The translations under genes were made by a program, and so were the position numbers. From the NCBI GenBank assembly GCA_947629355.1, contig CANRDJ010000003.1, positions 1-54,480 on the forward strand: DNA of 54,480 bases, read 5' to 3'. Below, piece by piece: positions 21,120 to 31,853 of the stretch (the stretch's first letter is position 1; each line of letters begins with the position of its first letter). Origin of the DNA: an uncultured Clostridia bacterium. Lineage in GTDB: Bacteria > Bacillota > Clostridia > TANB77 > CAG-508. The notes under the pieces are model-generated. The model saw nothing but the letters and a program-made list of their open reading frames with translations, was not told the origin of the DNA and did not search any database.

Positions 21120-21960
21120 ATAAATTTTTCCTTTCTTCTTGTGTTTCGAATTGATTTTTTAATTTAACATATTCTTCTAAATCTGAATCAAAAGCATGAC
21201 ATTTTAACACTTTATGTACCTCTTCTACATTCCATTGCTTATAATTTTCTATACGTGGATATGGTAGAATTAGTAATCTTTTAGCAAAATGGCATATTAC
21301 AGTATCTTTTTTATTAAATCTAGCTTGCTCGTTATATATTCTTGGAAGTAATAATTTCTTAGTGGTTGACCTATATATAGCATCTTGGTCTGCAAATAAC
21401 ATTTTTGTAGTTTTTATTAAGTTTCTTGCCTTTTCCAAAAGTTTAGTTTCTTTTATTTTCTTTATATTTAATAACAACATTCCTGCATTAATATAATCCG
21501 GTTTTATAAACCAAGAACCATATTTTTCTTTTACAGCAGCATACTCATATTCTGATATATCTATATTATACAATTTAGATATATCATCGGCTGCCATCAT
21601 ATCTATATCAAGATACAAAAGCTTATTAGGTATTTCTGGTATTAAATCTGCAAGCAATCTTAATAATGTATATGGTGTACAATATGCTGTTTCATTTTTA
21701 CAATTTCCAAACTCTCTTTCATATAATTCAGTAACATCAACTTTTATTACTCTATTATCTTGCTTTTTAGATTTTACAACTTCATTTAAAAATTTTACTT
21801 GTTCATCTGTAATAGGTTTATAGTCCTCTTTTATTCTTGATACATCCATTGTAAAAATATAACAAGTTATAGTTTCTCTTGTTTTATTTGTAATAGAAAT
21901 TAATTCTGTAAGTGCACCATCAAAAACTTTTTCATTTCCACATAAAAGTAAATTAATCAT
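21103..21960 (-). CDS. GT8 family glycosyltransferase
   Basis: LYLDID, YINAGMLLLN, ADQDA. Confidence 0.88.
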   Translation of the reverse strand: MINLLLCGNEKVFDGALTELISITNKTRETITCYIFTMDVSRIKEDYKPITDEQVKFLNEVVKSKKQDNRVIKVDVTELYEREFGNCKNETAYCTPYTLLRLLADLIPEIPNKLLYLDIDMMAADDISKLYNIDISEYEYAAVKEKYGSWFIKPDYINAGMLLLNIKKIKETKLLEKARNLIKTTKMLFADQDAIYRSTTKKLLLPRIYNEQARFNKKDTVICHFAKRLLILPYPRIENYKQWNVEEVHKVLKCHAFDSDLEEYVKLKNQFETQEERKNLYEETV

Positions 21961-22028
21961 TTTTCTTTCCTTTAATCTTATTTTAAGATAGTGATATTAT
22001 AATATATAAATCGATTTTTTTCAACAAT

Positions 22029-22932
22029 CTAATTATTTTTTATTAATCTTGAAACAAAAAATCCTTCATATAAATCACTTGGGCAAATACATATTGTACC
22101 TTTAATATTTACAGGAAGAAGTGGTACTTCTTTAAATATTTGCTCATTTATTGGCATAATTTCTATATTTGGTAATTTTAATATCTCTTCTATTATTCTT
22201 TCATTTTCTTCCTTCAAAATAGAACAGGTCGAATAAATAAGCTCTCCATTTACTTTTAGTATTTTAACTGCCTTTTTTATTAATTCTTTTTGAGTCTTTA
22301 CTGACCTTTGCAATAATTCTTCTGTAAATATCTTGTCTATATCACTATTCAAATTTAAAGTTCCGCTTCCGCGAGCAAGGTGCATCTAGCAATATTTTAT
22401 CAAAGGAAAAAAAGTTGTCTAACTTTCTTGCATCTTTGAGCATAACTGTAACACGTGATGTGCCTTGCTTTTCTAAATTATATTTTAATCTATCTGCTCT
22501 TATTTTATTTTTTTCACATGCTGTTATCATTGCTTTATTATTAGATAGATTTGCTATTTGAGTTGTTTTTCCACCAGGAGCTGCTGCCATATCCAGTATA
22601 TTTTCTCCTTCTTTTGGATCTAATATTATCGGTGGTATCATAGAAGATAGACTTTGAAGATATATTTCACCATTTTTATACATGTCTAATGCTTTAATTT
22701 CTTTCTCTGTTATATTTTCTATTATTAGTGCCTGTTTATTCCATTCAACTTGCTTATATTTTATATTTAAACTATCTAATACATCCTTTACAAAATTTAT
22801 ATTTGTTTTAGATGTATTAACTCTAAAAGTAGTAGGTCTAATTTTGCAAAGTCCATCTAATATTCTTTTTATATCTTTTTCTTCATATTCATTTGAAAGC
22901 ATATTGTATAGGAACTCTGGTATTTTATTCAA
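22029..22932 (-). CDS. RsmB/RsmF (NOL1/NOP2) RNA m5C methyltransferase, reconstructed across one CGG +1 shift (300 aa)
   Basis: TTG at 22932 follows GGAGGAGG; LDMAAAPGGKT, DAPCS-G-SGT, IYSTCSI..EENE. Confidence 0.85.
22368..22371 (-). other. CGG(A) +1 recoding site 7 (RsmB/F)
   Basis: TCG-C-GGA-AGC-GGA restores DAPCSGSG. Confidence 0.88.
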
Positions 22933-23985
22933 GCTATTTTTCCTCCTCCGAACAACAATATTATCTATATAAAAAACTGCAGACTGTCCTGGAGTTATTG
23001 CCCTTTGTGGTTCATCAAAAACAACTTTTATTTTATTATTTTCCATAGGATAAATTGTACTTGCATATTCTTTTGTAGAATATCTTGTTTTTGTATTAAC
23101 CTTTATAGGTTTAGTTATCTCATCAAATAGTATTAAATTTACATCTTCTACTATAAATTCTTTTTTATATAATTCTTTTTCTTCTCCAACTATTACTTCA
23201 TTTTTTTCTTTATTAAAACCTAAAACAAATAATGGAACAGAATATGATATTCCTAGACCTTTTCTTTGTCCTATTGTATAGTTGTATAATCCTGTATGTT
23301 TACCTATTATTTCTCCTTTTTTATTTATAATATTTCCTTTTTTAGGTTTTAAACTTGAATTAATCTCTAAAAACCTTTTATAGTTTCCATTGGGAATAAA
23401 ACAAATATCTTCACTGTCAGGTTTATTTGCTACTTTCAAATTATTCTTTCTTGCAATGTCTCTTATTTGTTCTTTGTTTTCAAATTTTGCAAGTGGAAAT
23501 AAAACATATTGTATTAAATCTTTTGGAATATTCCATAAAACATAACTTTGATCTTTTATGCCAGCATTTGATTTTTTAAGTACCCATCTTCCATATTCTT
23601 TGCTATACTCTGTTTTCGCATAATGCCCTGTTGCTATGTAGTTGCATCCCAATTCTTTTGCTTTTTCATACATATATCCGAATTTCATATATTTATTACA
23701 TTCTATGCATGGATTTGGAGTTTTACAATTAGTATAACAATTTATAAAATCATCAATAACATGCTTTTTAAACTCTTCTTTGTAGTTATATATAAAGTGT
23801 GGAACTTCAATTGAATTGCATACATTTTTTGCATCTAAATATGTATTTGTATTACAACATGAACTTCCTGCAAATAGTTCTAATGTTGCTCCTATTACTT
23901 CATATCCTTGTTCTTTTAAAAGTAGAGCTGCAACACTGCTATCAACACCTCCACTCATACCTATTAGTACTCTTTTTTTTTCCAT
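22929..23985 (-). CDS. mnmA: tRNA 2-thiouridylase MnmA, C-terminus reached via one CGG +1 shift (351 aa)
   Basis: MSGGVDSS, PNPCIECN, ATGHY, DQSY, TIGQRKGLG, PGQSAVFY...VV-G-GGKIA*. Confidence 0.92.
22947..22950 (-). other. CGG(A) +1 recoding site 6 (mnmA)
   Basis: GTT-C-GGA-GGA-GGA-AAA-ATA-GCT-TGA restores the terminal GGG-x-I motif. Confidence 0.85.
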
Positions 23986-24157
23986 TGTTCTCTTCCTTTT
24001 TGTTTTCTATTTTACTTTCATATTTTACCATATCTTACATAAAAAAGCTATAACTATTTTATATATTAATATTTTAAATACTGTGTTAATTCCTTCTTAA
24101 CTTTATTAAAAATAGCTTTGACATAAATTTAAAGTCAAAGCTATTTTTTTACTTTTC

Positions 24158-24832
24158 CTATAATACATAAAACAATATACAAAAAAACTGTAAAAAACTC
24201 CCTAATAATATAAATAAATGAAATATAGAATGCATATATTTATGTTTTACACCCACACCATAAAGTATTGCTCCTATTGTATAAGCTATTCCTCCTGCAA
24301 CTAATAGCATTACTCCATTTATATCTAATAACTTTAGTAATAAGTCTATTTTAAATATTATTATCCAACCCATGAATAAATAACAGATCATAGAAAATAT
24401 ACGATATTTTTTTAGGTCAATTGCATTTAGTACTACTCCAAGTATTGCAATACTCCATATTAATGCAAATATTGTCCAACCAATTATAGGATTATATTCT
24501 CTAAACATACAAAGTGCAAATGGGGTATATGATCCCGCTATTAATATAAATATAGTACAATGGTCTAATATTTGCATTACCTTTTTTCCTATAACTCTAG
24601 GAGATAATCCATGATATATACTAGACATTGTATATAATACTATTAAACTTATTCCATAAACTATACTACTAACTATTCCATAAGCATTTTTGTGTATTGC
24701 TGAAATTACAATGCAAAGCACAGTAGCAATTACACCTAAAGAAGCACCTACAATATGAGATGTCATATTAAAAATTTCTTCACCCTTTGTATAGTTAGGT
24801 AACACCCTATCTTTTAATTTTGTTCTTTTCAT
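24158..24832 (-). CDS. Hemolysin III / PAQR family membrane protein
   Basis: EEIFNMTSH, SSIYH, DHCTIFILIAGSYTP, HSIFHLF. Confidence 0.9.
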   Translation of the reverse strand: MKRTKLKDRVLPNYTKGEEIFNMTSHIVGASLGVIATVLCIVISAIHKNAYGIVSSIVYGISLIVLYTMSSIYHGLSPRVIGKKVMQILDHCTIFILIAGSYTPFALCMFREYNPIIGWTIFALIWSIAILGVVLNAIDLKKYRIFSMICYLFMGWIIIFKIDLLLKLLDINGVMLLVAGGIAYTIGAILYGVGVKHKYMHSIFHLFILLGSFLQFFCILFYVL

Positions 24833-26070
24833 TAAAGCTCCTTTTTTCTTCTTAATATCCAACCTTTTTCTGCTTTTATTGGCAGTTTTAATATTACCTT
24901 TTGTCCTTCTCTTCCCGGATTAATATGATTTATTGCTTCTTTAGTTTCTATATCCCACATTTCCTCAATTGTAAAACTAATAGAATCTAATTTGTTTGGT
25001 ATTATTATTTCTATAATATCTTTTAATTGCAATCTATTTCTTATTTCTATAACTGCTTTGCCATCTTTTTCTGTTTCTAATATTTTACCAGCAAACTCAT
25101 AATTAGGATTATACTGTTTTCCTTCATATTCTTGGAAATCTTTATTGTTTTTATCGTTGAAATAAAAAGTGGTTAATCCTCTTGTTTTAGTTTTCTCTAA
25201 TTCCTTTAAATATTTATTATAGTCATATTCTTGCGGATTTTCAATATAATCATCTATTGCACTTCTATATACATTTATTACTGTTGCTAAATAATATTCC
25301 GTTTTTAATCTTCCTTCAATTTTTAGGCTGTCTATTCCCATTTTTATTATTTCCGGAAGCTCTTTTATTAAACATAAATCTTTTGAAGAAAGAATATATG
25401 TTCCATTTACATCTTGTTCTACAGGCATTAAGTTTCCTGGATTATTTTTTTCTTCTATATATAGATTATATGCCCATCTACAACTTTGAGCACAATCTCC
25501 TAAATTTGCACATCTTGATGCTAGAAAGTCACTTAAATGACACCTTCCAGAATAGCTGTAGCATATTGCTCCATGAATAAACATCTCTATTTCTAAATCA
25601 TCTGGTTTGTTTTTCATTATAGTATTTATTTCTTTTTTATTAAGTTCTCTTGCTATTACTATTCTTTTAGCACCATTTTTATACCAGAATTTACAACTGT
25701 TATATCCAACAACATTAGTCTGGGTGCTTATATGTATATCAACATCTGGAGCATATTCTTTTAAAGTTTCTATAACTCCACCATCTGAGCTAATTATTCC
25801 ATCTACTTTTAATTCATTTAAAAGTTTTGCTTGTTTTATTACTTCATCATACATATCATCTCTTGCATATATGTTTAATGCTGCATATACCTTTTTATTT
25901 ATTGAATGTGCATATTCTATTGTTCTTGCAAGTTCATCATCTTGAACATCTACTCTAGAACGTAAAGATAATTTTGCAGTTCCCATATATACAGCATCTG
26001 CTCCATATAAAAAAGCTGTTTTTGCTTTTTCAAATGACCCTGCTGGTGCTAATAATTCTGGCTTTTTCAT
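24832..26070 (-). CDS. U32 family peptidase-like tRNA hydroxylation protein
   Basis: PELLAPAG, HISTQ, HGAICYSYSGRC, CAQSCR, LKIEGR. Confidence 0.9.
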   Translation of the reverse strand: MKKPELLAPAGSFEKAKTAFLYGADAVYMGTAKLSLRSRVDVQDDELARTIEYAHSINKKVYAALNIYARDDMYDEVIKQAKLLNELKVDGIISSDGGVIETLKEYAPDVDIHISTQTNVVGYNSCKFWYKNGAKRIVIARELNKKEINTIMKNKPDDLEIEMFIHGAICYSYSGRCHLSDFLASRCANLGDCAQSCRWAYNLYIEEKNNPGNLMPVEQDVNGTYILSSKDLCLIKELPEIIKMGIDSLKIEGRLKTEYYLATVINVYRSAIDDYIENPQEYDYNKYLKELEKTKTRGLTTFYFNDKNNKDFQEYEGKQYNPNYEFAGKILETEKDGKAVIEIRNRLQLKDIIEIIIPNKLDSISFTIEEMWDIETKEAINHINPGREGQKVILKLPIKAEKGWILRRKKEL

Positions 26071-26073
26071 TCA

Positions 26074-27279
26074 CTAAATTCCTCCTCTTATAGAAGATTC
26101 ATTTCTATTAGACCAAATTTTATCTATTTTACTTATCAATTCGTCTTCTGCAGAATGAGGATTTTTTTCATTTATATTTATTTTATTTGCAATTATTAAT
26201 CCTTTTAATAATCCCCATTTTTCATCTTTTTTTTCTTCCAAATATTCAGAATTTCCTTTTAAATATTTTCTTAAAAATGGAAATTGAGATGCAGTTAATA
26301 TGTCAAATTTAGAAATAGTATCCTTTTCTATTTTTTCTTCTCCTAAGTCTCTCTTTTTAACAATATCTTTTTTTAAAAAAGGCCAATTTTCTATTAATGT
26401 ATCATAAAAATCTTGTAACTTTAATCCATTTATTTCTCCAGTAAATTTCCATGGAGCATTTATTCCTCTTATTAATCTTCCTTGTTCAAAATATTCTTCT
26501 ATTAGTTTTGTATTTATCTTCTTATAATTTGCATGACTCGCTCTTCCTCTTATTGCCTCTTGCTCTACTTGAGTTGTTAAAAAATGAAATTCTATTATAG
26601 GAATACTCTCTGTTGATGCTTTAGTATATCTCATATATTCAATCATTTTTTCTAGTACACTTATATATTCTTTTGATTTTTTTGAATCTGCAATATATTC
26701 TGATAAGTTTGGAAAAACACTAACTAATTTTCTTTTATCATCATAATTTGGTTCACTTTTTGAATATATATATTCCCTTGTTTTTGCTTCATCTACTATT
26801 TTTTTAATTCTTTCTTGTAATTTTTCTCTTTCTGGTGAAAAATTTCCCATGCAATGATATGAGACATAACCATTTTTCTTATTATATTTTTTATCTTTAT
26901 TTATATCAAATATTAAATGATTAAACAGCATTAATAGTTCTTTTTCAAATTCTGTTGCTGTAACTATTTCTATTCCAAATACATCGTCTAATTCCTTTCT
27001 ATTAGAGTTTATACTAGAACTAGAAAAATCCTTTATTCGTGCCTTTAATTTTGTATCTCCTATTAATTCATTCATTTTAGCAATTTGTATACATTCATTA
27101 TAGTTTTCAGCGATTTCTAAAAAGCCACCACCCAAATCAGATATAAATTCTTTATATCCATCAATTGTTTCTCCAATTGTAGTAGATTTAGTTTCTCTTA
27201 AAAATTTCTCTCTTGCAATATCATTTACTTCTACAGCAAAGCTTTCTATAAACTTTTTTCTTTTATCATTATTTTGCAT
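26074..27279 (-). CDS. Hypothetical protein with a divergent RelA/SpoT-like nucleotidyltransferase domain
   Basis: ARIK..SS, DDVFGIEIV, KKNGYVSYH, IEFHFLT and AIRGRASHANYK occur in RSH synthetase motif order. Confidence 0.55.
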   Translation of the reverse strand: MQNNDKRKKFIESFAVEVNDIAREKFLRETKSTTIGETIDGYKEFISDLGGGFLEIAENYNECIQIAKMNELIGDTKLKARIKDFSSSSINSNRKELDDVFGIEIVTATEFEKELLMLFNHLIFDINKDKKYNKKNGYVSYHCMGNFSPEREKLQERIKKIVDEAKTREYIYSKSEPNYDDKRKLVSVFPNLSEYIADSKKSKEYISVLEKMIEYMRYTKASTESIPIIEFHFLTTQVEQEAIRGRASHANYKKINTKLIEEYFEQGRLIRGINAPWKFTGEINGLKLQDFYDTLIENWPFLKKDIVKKRDLGEEKIEKDTISKFDILTASQFPFLRKYLKGNSEYLEEKKDEKWGLLKGLIIANKININEKNPHSAEDELISKIDKIWSNRNESSIRGGI

Positions 27280-27281
27280 AT

Positions 27282-27869
27282 TTATTCACTAGGCAGTACT
27301 CTACTTACTGCTAGTCCATCTCCTATCTCTAAAATTTCAGTTTTTAAGTTTATATCTTCTGTACTCTTTTTTATATATTCTCTTAAATTTCTTACAGCTG
27401 TTCTTTGTTTATGTTTATTGTAATCACTCATAACATATCCTTTGTATAGTATGTTGTCTGCAAGTATTATGCTACCTTTTTTAGATAGTCTTATTGTTTC
27501 CTTTAGAAAAAATGGATATTTTCCCTTTGCAGCATCTATAAAGAAAACATCATATTTTTCTTTTAATTTAGGGAGTATATCTACAGCATTTCCTATAATT
27601 ACATTTATGCTTTTTTGAAGCCCTAATTCATTTATATTTTCTATTGCCTCATTTGCTCTTTCTTCATCTAATTCAATTGTATCTATATAAACATTGTTAT
27701 TTAATACGTTTGAAAAGCAAATAGAAGAATATCCTGTTGCTGTTCCTAATTCTAATATTCTCTTAGGCTTTTCTTCTAATAATATCTTTTTTATTATCTC
27801 TAATGTATCATCCATTATAATTGGAATATGTTCATTTAATGCTTTTTTCTTTATATATTCTATATTCAA
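27282..27869 (-). CDS. SAM-dependent O-methyltransferase (YrrM/TrmR-like)
   Basis: ILELGTATGYS, FIDAAKG, ADNILYKG; close to the U32 gene. Confidence 0.88.
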   Translation of the reverse strand: MNIEYIKKKALNEHIPIIMDDTLEIIKKILLEEKPKRILELGTATGYSSICFSNVLNNNVYIDTIELDEERANEAIENINELGLQKSINVIIGNAVDILPKLKEKYDVFFIDAAKGKYPFFLKETIRLSKKGSIILADNILYKGYVMSDYNKHKQRTAVRNLREYIKKSTEDINLKTEILEIGDGLAVSRVLPSE

Positions 27870-27873
27870 AATA

Positions 27874-28215
27874 TCACCTTATTGAAATGTTATTATTTCT
27901 TGATTTATTGTTTTCATATCCTAGATACCAATTTTTAAAAATTGAAGACAAATCTGTAATTCCATTTTTAATATAGTAATCAAACTGCTCTTTAACCTCT
28001 TTTCTTTGGGATATTTCATTCACTATATCATCCAAATTTTCAGCATTACATCTTGCCACTATTTCTTGTACAATTTTTTGCCTATTTTTCTGATCATCAT
28101 TATTTTCTTTTTTTACTACTGTATTTACTAAAGATTTAGATCCTGATCTGTAATTTCCATTTCTTTTAAATATTTTCGGATTTCTACTTGCTCTCATTTT
28201 TGAAGTCCATCCCAT
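27874..28215 (-). CDS. Hypothetical protein
   Basis: 113-aa ORF with GAGGA RBS, packed between typA and the methyltransferase. Confidence 0.6.
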   Translation of the reverse strand: MGWTSKMRASRNPKIFKRNGNYRSGSKSLVNTVVKKENNDDQKNRQKIVQEIVARCNAENLDDIVNEISQRKEVKEQFDYYIKNGITDLSSIFKNWYLGYENNKSRNNNISIR

Positions 28216-28227
28216 TTTTATCCTCTC

Positions 28228-30037
28228 CTATTTTCTTGCTACTCTTTCGCGTTCTTTGTTATTTAAAATTTTTTTTCTTAATCTAATACTTTGAGGTGTT
28301 ACCTCTACTAACTCATCATCTTGTATAAATTCTATTGCTTTTTCTAATGACATTTGAATAGGTGGAACCAATCTTAATGCATCATCTGAACCTGAAGCTC
28401 TAGTATTAGTTAAATGTTTTTCTTTACATACATTTACAGCTAAATCTTCTCCTCTAGAATTTAACCCTACTATCATACCTTCATATACTTCTGTTCCTGG
28501 TCCTATAAACAAATCTCCTTTGTCTTGTGCATTATATAATCCATAAGTTATTGCTTTTCCTTGCTCAAATGCAACAATTGTGCCTCTTACTCTTGATACT
28601 ACATCTCCTTTATATGGTTCGTATGAATCAAACACATGATTCATTATACCTTCACCTTTAGTATCTGTTAGGAATTCTGTTCTATATCCTATTAATCCTC
28701 TAGCTGGAATTTTAAATTCTATTTTCGTATGCCCGTCTTCGGCAGGTTCCATATTAATCATTTCTGCTTTTCTTTTTCCTAATTTTTCTATTACATTTCC
28801 TATGCAATTATCTGGAACATTTACAACTAGTAATTCAATTGGTTCACATTTTTCCCCATTTATTTCTTTGAATATAACTTTTGGACGAGACACCAATAAT
28901 TCAAATCCTTCTCTCCTCATTGTTTCAATAAGAACTGATAAATGAAGTTCTCCGGCGTCCTGCAACTTCAAAAGAATCTGGTGAATCTGTTTCTTTTACT
29001 CTTAAAGATACATTTCTTTCTAATTCTCTAAATAATCTATCTCTTATATGCCTAGATGTTATAAATTCTCCTTCTTTTCCTGCGAAAGGTCCGTTATTTA
29101 CTGAGAATGTCATTGTAACTGTTGGTTCATCTATGTTAACAAAATCTATTTTTTCTGGATTATTAACATCACATATTGTTTCACCGATATTTATATTTGT
29201 TATTCCCGAAATTTCTACTATATCTCCTGCTTTTGCAATTTCAACTTCTTCTTTTTTTAATCCTTTATATGTGTATACTTTCATTATTTTAGCATTTTCT
29301 ATTTTATCATTTTTGCAAACAGCAACTTGCATTCCTTCCTTTATTATCCCTCTTTCAATTCTTCCTACTGCTATTCTTCCAACATAATCGTCATAATCTA
29401 TATTTGAAACTAGCATTTGCATAGGTCCTTCTTCATCACATTTAGGTGGTTCAATTGTATTTATTATTGTTTCAAATATGCATTTCATATTAGTCGAATC
29501 TTCTTCTAAATTAAGTTTAGCTATTCCTTCTTTTGCAGATGCATATACTACTGGAAATTCTAACTGGTTATCATTTGCTCCTAATTCTATGAATAATTCT
29601 AAAACTTGGTCTACAACTTTGTATGGATTAGCACCAGGTCTATCTATTTTATTTATTACTACTATTGGTTTTAAGTTTAATGCTAATGATTTTTTTAAAA
29701 CTTCTCTTGTTTGAGGCATAGCTCCTTCAAATGCATCAACTAATAAAAGTACTCCATCTACCATTTTAAGTACTCTTTCTACTTCTCCACCAAAATCAGC
29801 ATGTCCAGGTGTATCAACTATATTTATTTTTATATCACCATACATTACAGATGTATTTTTAGCAAGTATTGTAATTCCTCTTTCTTTTTCTAAGTCATTT
29901 GAATCCATTACTCTTTCTTCTACTTGTTCATTATCTCTAAATGTACCACTTTGTTTAAGTAAAGCATCTACTAATGTTGTTTTTCCATGGTCAACGTGTG
30001 CTATGATGGCTACATTTCTAATTTTTTTATTGCTCAT
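28228..30037 (-). CDS. typA: Translational GTPase TypA/BipA, reconstructed across one CGG +1 shift (602 aa)
   Basis: AHVDHGKTT, DTPGHADF, NKID, VAGR-G-ELHLSVLIETMRREG, EVTPQSIRLRK. Confidence 0.93.
28951..28954 (-). other. CGG(A) +1 recoding site 8 (typA)
   Basis: CGC-C-GGA-GAA restores GRGELHL. Confidence 0.85.
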
Positions 30038-30203
30038 TATTTAAAATCCCCTTTATTTCTATCAATAACAACAATTTATTATACCTCTTATTAAAGCTAA
30101 TTGTCAACCTGTTTTTTGTCTTAATTTTGGTGGTAAGCTATATAAAAGCAGACTTTCTCATTGAAAATCTGCTTTTTTAATAAATCACTTAAATTTTATA
30201 TTA

Positions 30204-31539
30204 TTACAACGAACTTTCTACTAATGAACCATTTGCAAAGTAATTTTGTACCTTGCTTCCGTCTTTTGCTACTATAGAGAAGTCGTAAAAATCTTCTACT
30301 CCTGTATATGTTTCAATTTTAGTTATTTCTTTCCATCCTGTAAGTGTTTTTACACTGTCTCCTTCATTAGGCACTGGATAATTATTTCTTCTTGTTAGTG
30401 ATTTCCATCCTTCTTTTGTGTATATTGGATGATAATCTGTTGCTTCTAAATATGTTCCATCACTAAATTCATATCTTACAAAGTTTGTTGCTTTTTTATG
30501 AATATATACTTTTCCTACTGTTCCTACTTTAGTGCTAGATGTTTCAAAATCATAATATACTATTTCGTCACCAACAGATAAATCTTTAGCCAAGGTATAT
30601 TCTCCATCGGTTGAAGTAGCTATCTTAGATGTAGGGGAAACACACTCGCCATTTTTTCTGGTCGTGTAATGAAACCCATTTTCTAGCACGCTGGAACCGG
30701 GTGAGCTCTTCAACGAGCACGCCCCCACCCATGATGGTACATCGATGATTAATATCATCATAAGAGCACTCTAGCTCAACTGGGCAGAAAGAAGATTGTA
30801 TCCATTCTAACCACGTCATTCCTTTTTCTGCTGTATACGGTTCCTCATCAATATAAAATGTTATTAGTTCAACTCCATACAAATCATATAGTTCACCAAC
30901 TTTTTCTGCTGTTCCGTTATTATCATAATAGTTTACTACATATTTTGTTCCAGTATTATCATTTGATTTGGTTTCTGGATTTTTTGCTATTGTCATTGCT
31001 TTAATTTTTGTTTCTTTTTTACCTAATTCTTCATCTCTGTCAGATTTCTCTAATTTGTATACATCTTTTCCATCTGTTCCATTTCCTGTTCTTCCTGCCG
31101 TTCCCAATAATACTTCTACATTAATTTTGTATTTGTCTTCTGTCTCTTCTGTTATTATTCCTTTTTCTTTTAAATAGTCTATTAATGCTAGTGTTGTTTT
31201 ACCAGATTCTTTTTCTGTCAAATACGTAAATTCTTCTGTTTTTAATAGTTCCATTACCATTGAATGTGCTTGTCCCAATGATGCCTCTTTTGCATTTCCA
31301 AATAGTCCTCCTTGTAGTGCTACATTTAATGTTACTCCTACTAGTAGTAGCATTACTATAATTGTGATTATTAGGGCTATTAAAGTGATGGCTCTGTGGT
31401 CAGAAGCTAGTGTTTTGATTTTTGATTTTGGATTTGAGTATAACGTTGGGGAATTTTTATCTAAGGTTTGTTCTTCGAAGTGTATGTCGCCCATGGGTGC
31501 GACCCCTCCAGCGTTTGCATTTAATTTTTTCTCTTTCAT
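30204..31539 (-). CDS. Type IV pilin-like protein with C-terminal Hint domain, joined by a +1 shift at CGG (444 aa)
   Basis: AITLIALIITIIVMLLLVGV pilin-like helix; ITFYID..YTAEKGMTW.EW domain; Hint blocks CVSPTSKI, KDLSVGD, ATDYHP and NYFANG. Confidence 0.7.
30696..30699 (-). other. CGG(T) +1 recoding site 10 (pilin-Hint)
   Basis: ACC-C-GGT-TCC joins the frame of ORF 30625-31539 to the frame of ORF 30204-30761. Confidence 0.6.
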
Positions 31540-31853
31540 ATGTTTTTCAACTCCTTCTTTTGTTTTTTAGTTATCCTACTGTTCAATCTCATACAGTTTA
31601 CAATATTTTTATTATTATCTTTTTTCTTTTTATTATAAATTATTAATATTTTCTTTGTCAATGTAAATTATTAATTTTTTTAATTATTAATTTACATAGT
31701 TTATATTTATTTTTATTTCATCTTAAATTTTTTATTAGCCATATTTTTGATATATCAATATTACTATTTTAAAGAATAAACAAAGGTTATAATTTTTATT
31801 ATTATATATGGACAATTTGTTGTTTTTTGTGTATTATAATATCATAATTTATT

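Noticed and set aside
22345-23985. 546-aa MnmA-methyltransferase fusion ORF
   Set aside because: Better explained as two genes: the MnmA terminal GGG motif is in the +1 frame and the second gene has its own RBS and TTG start.
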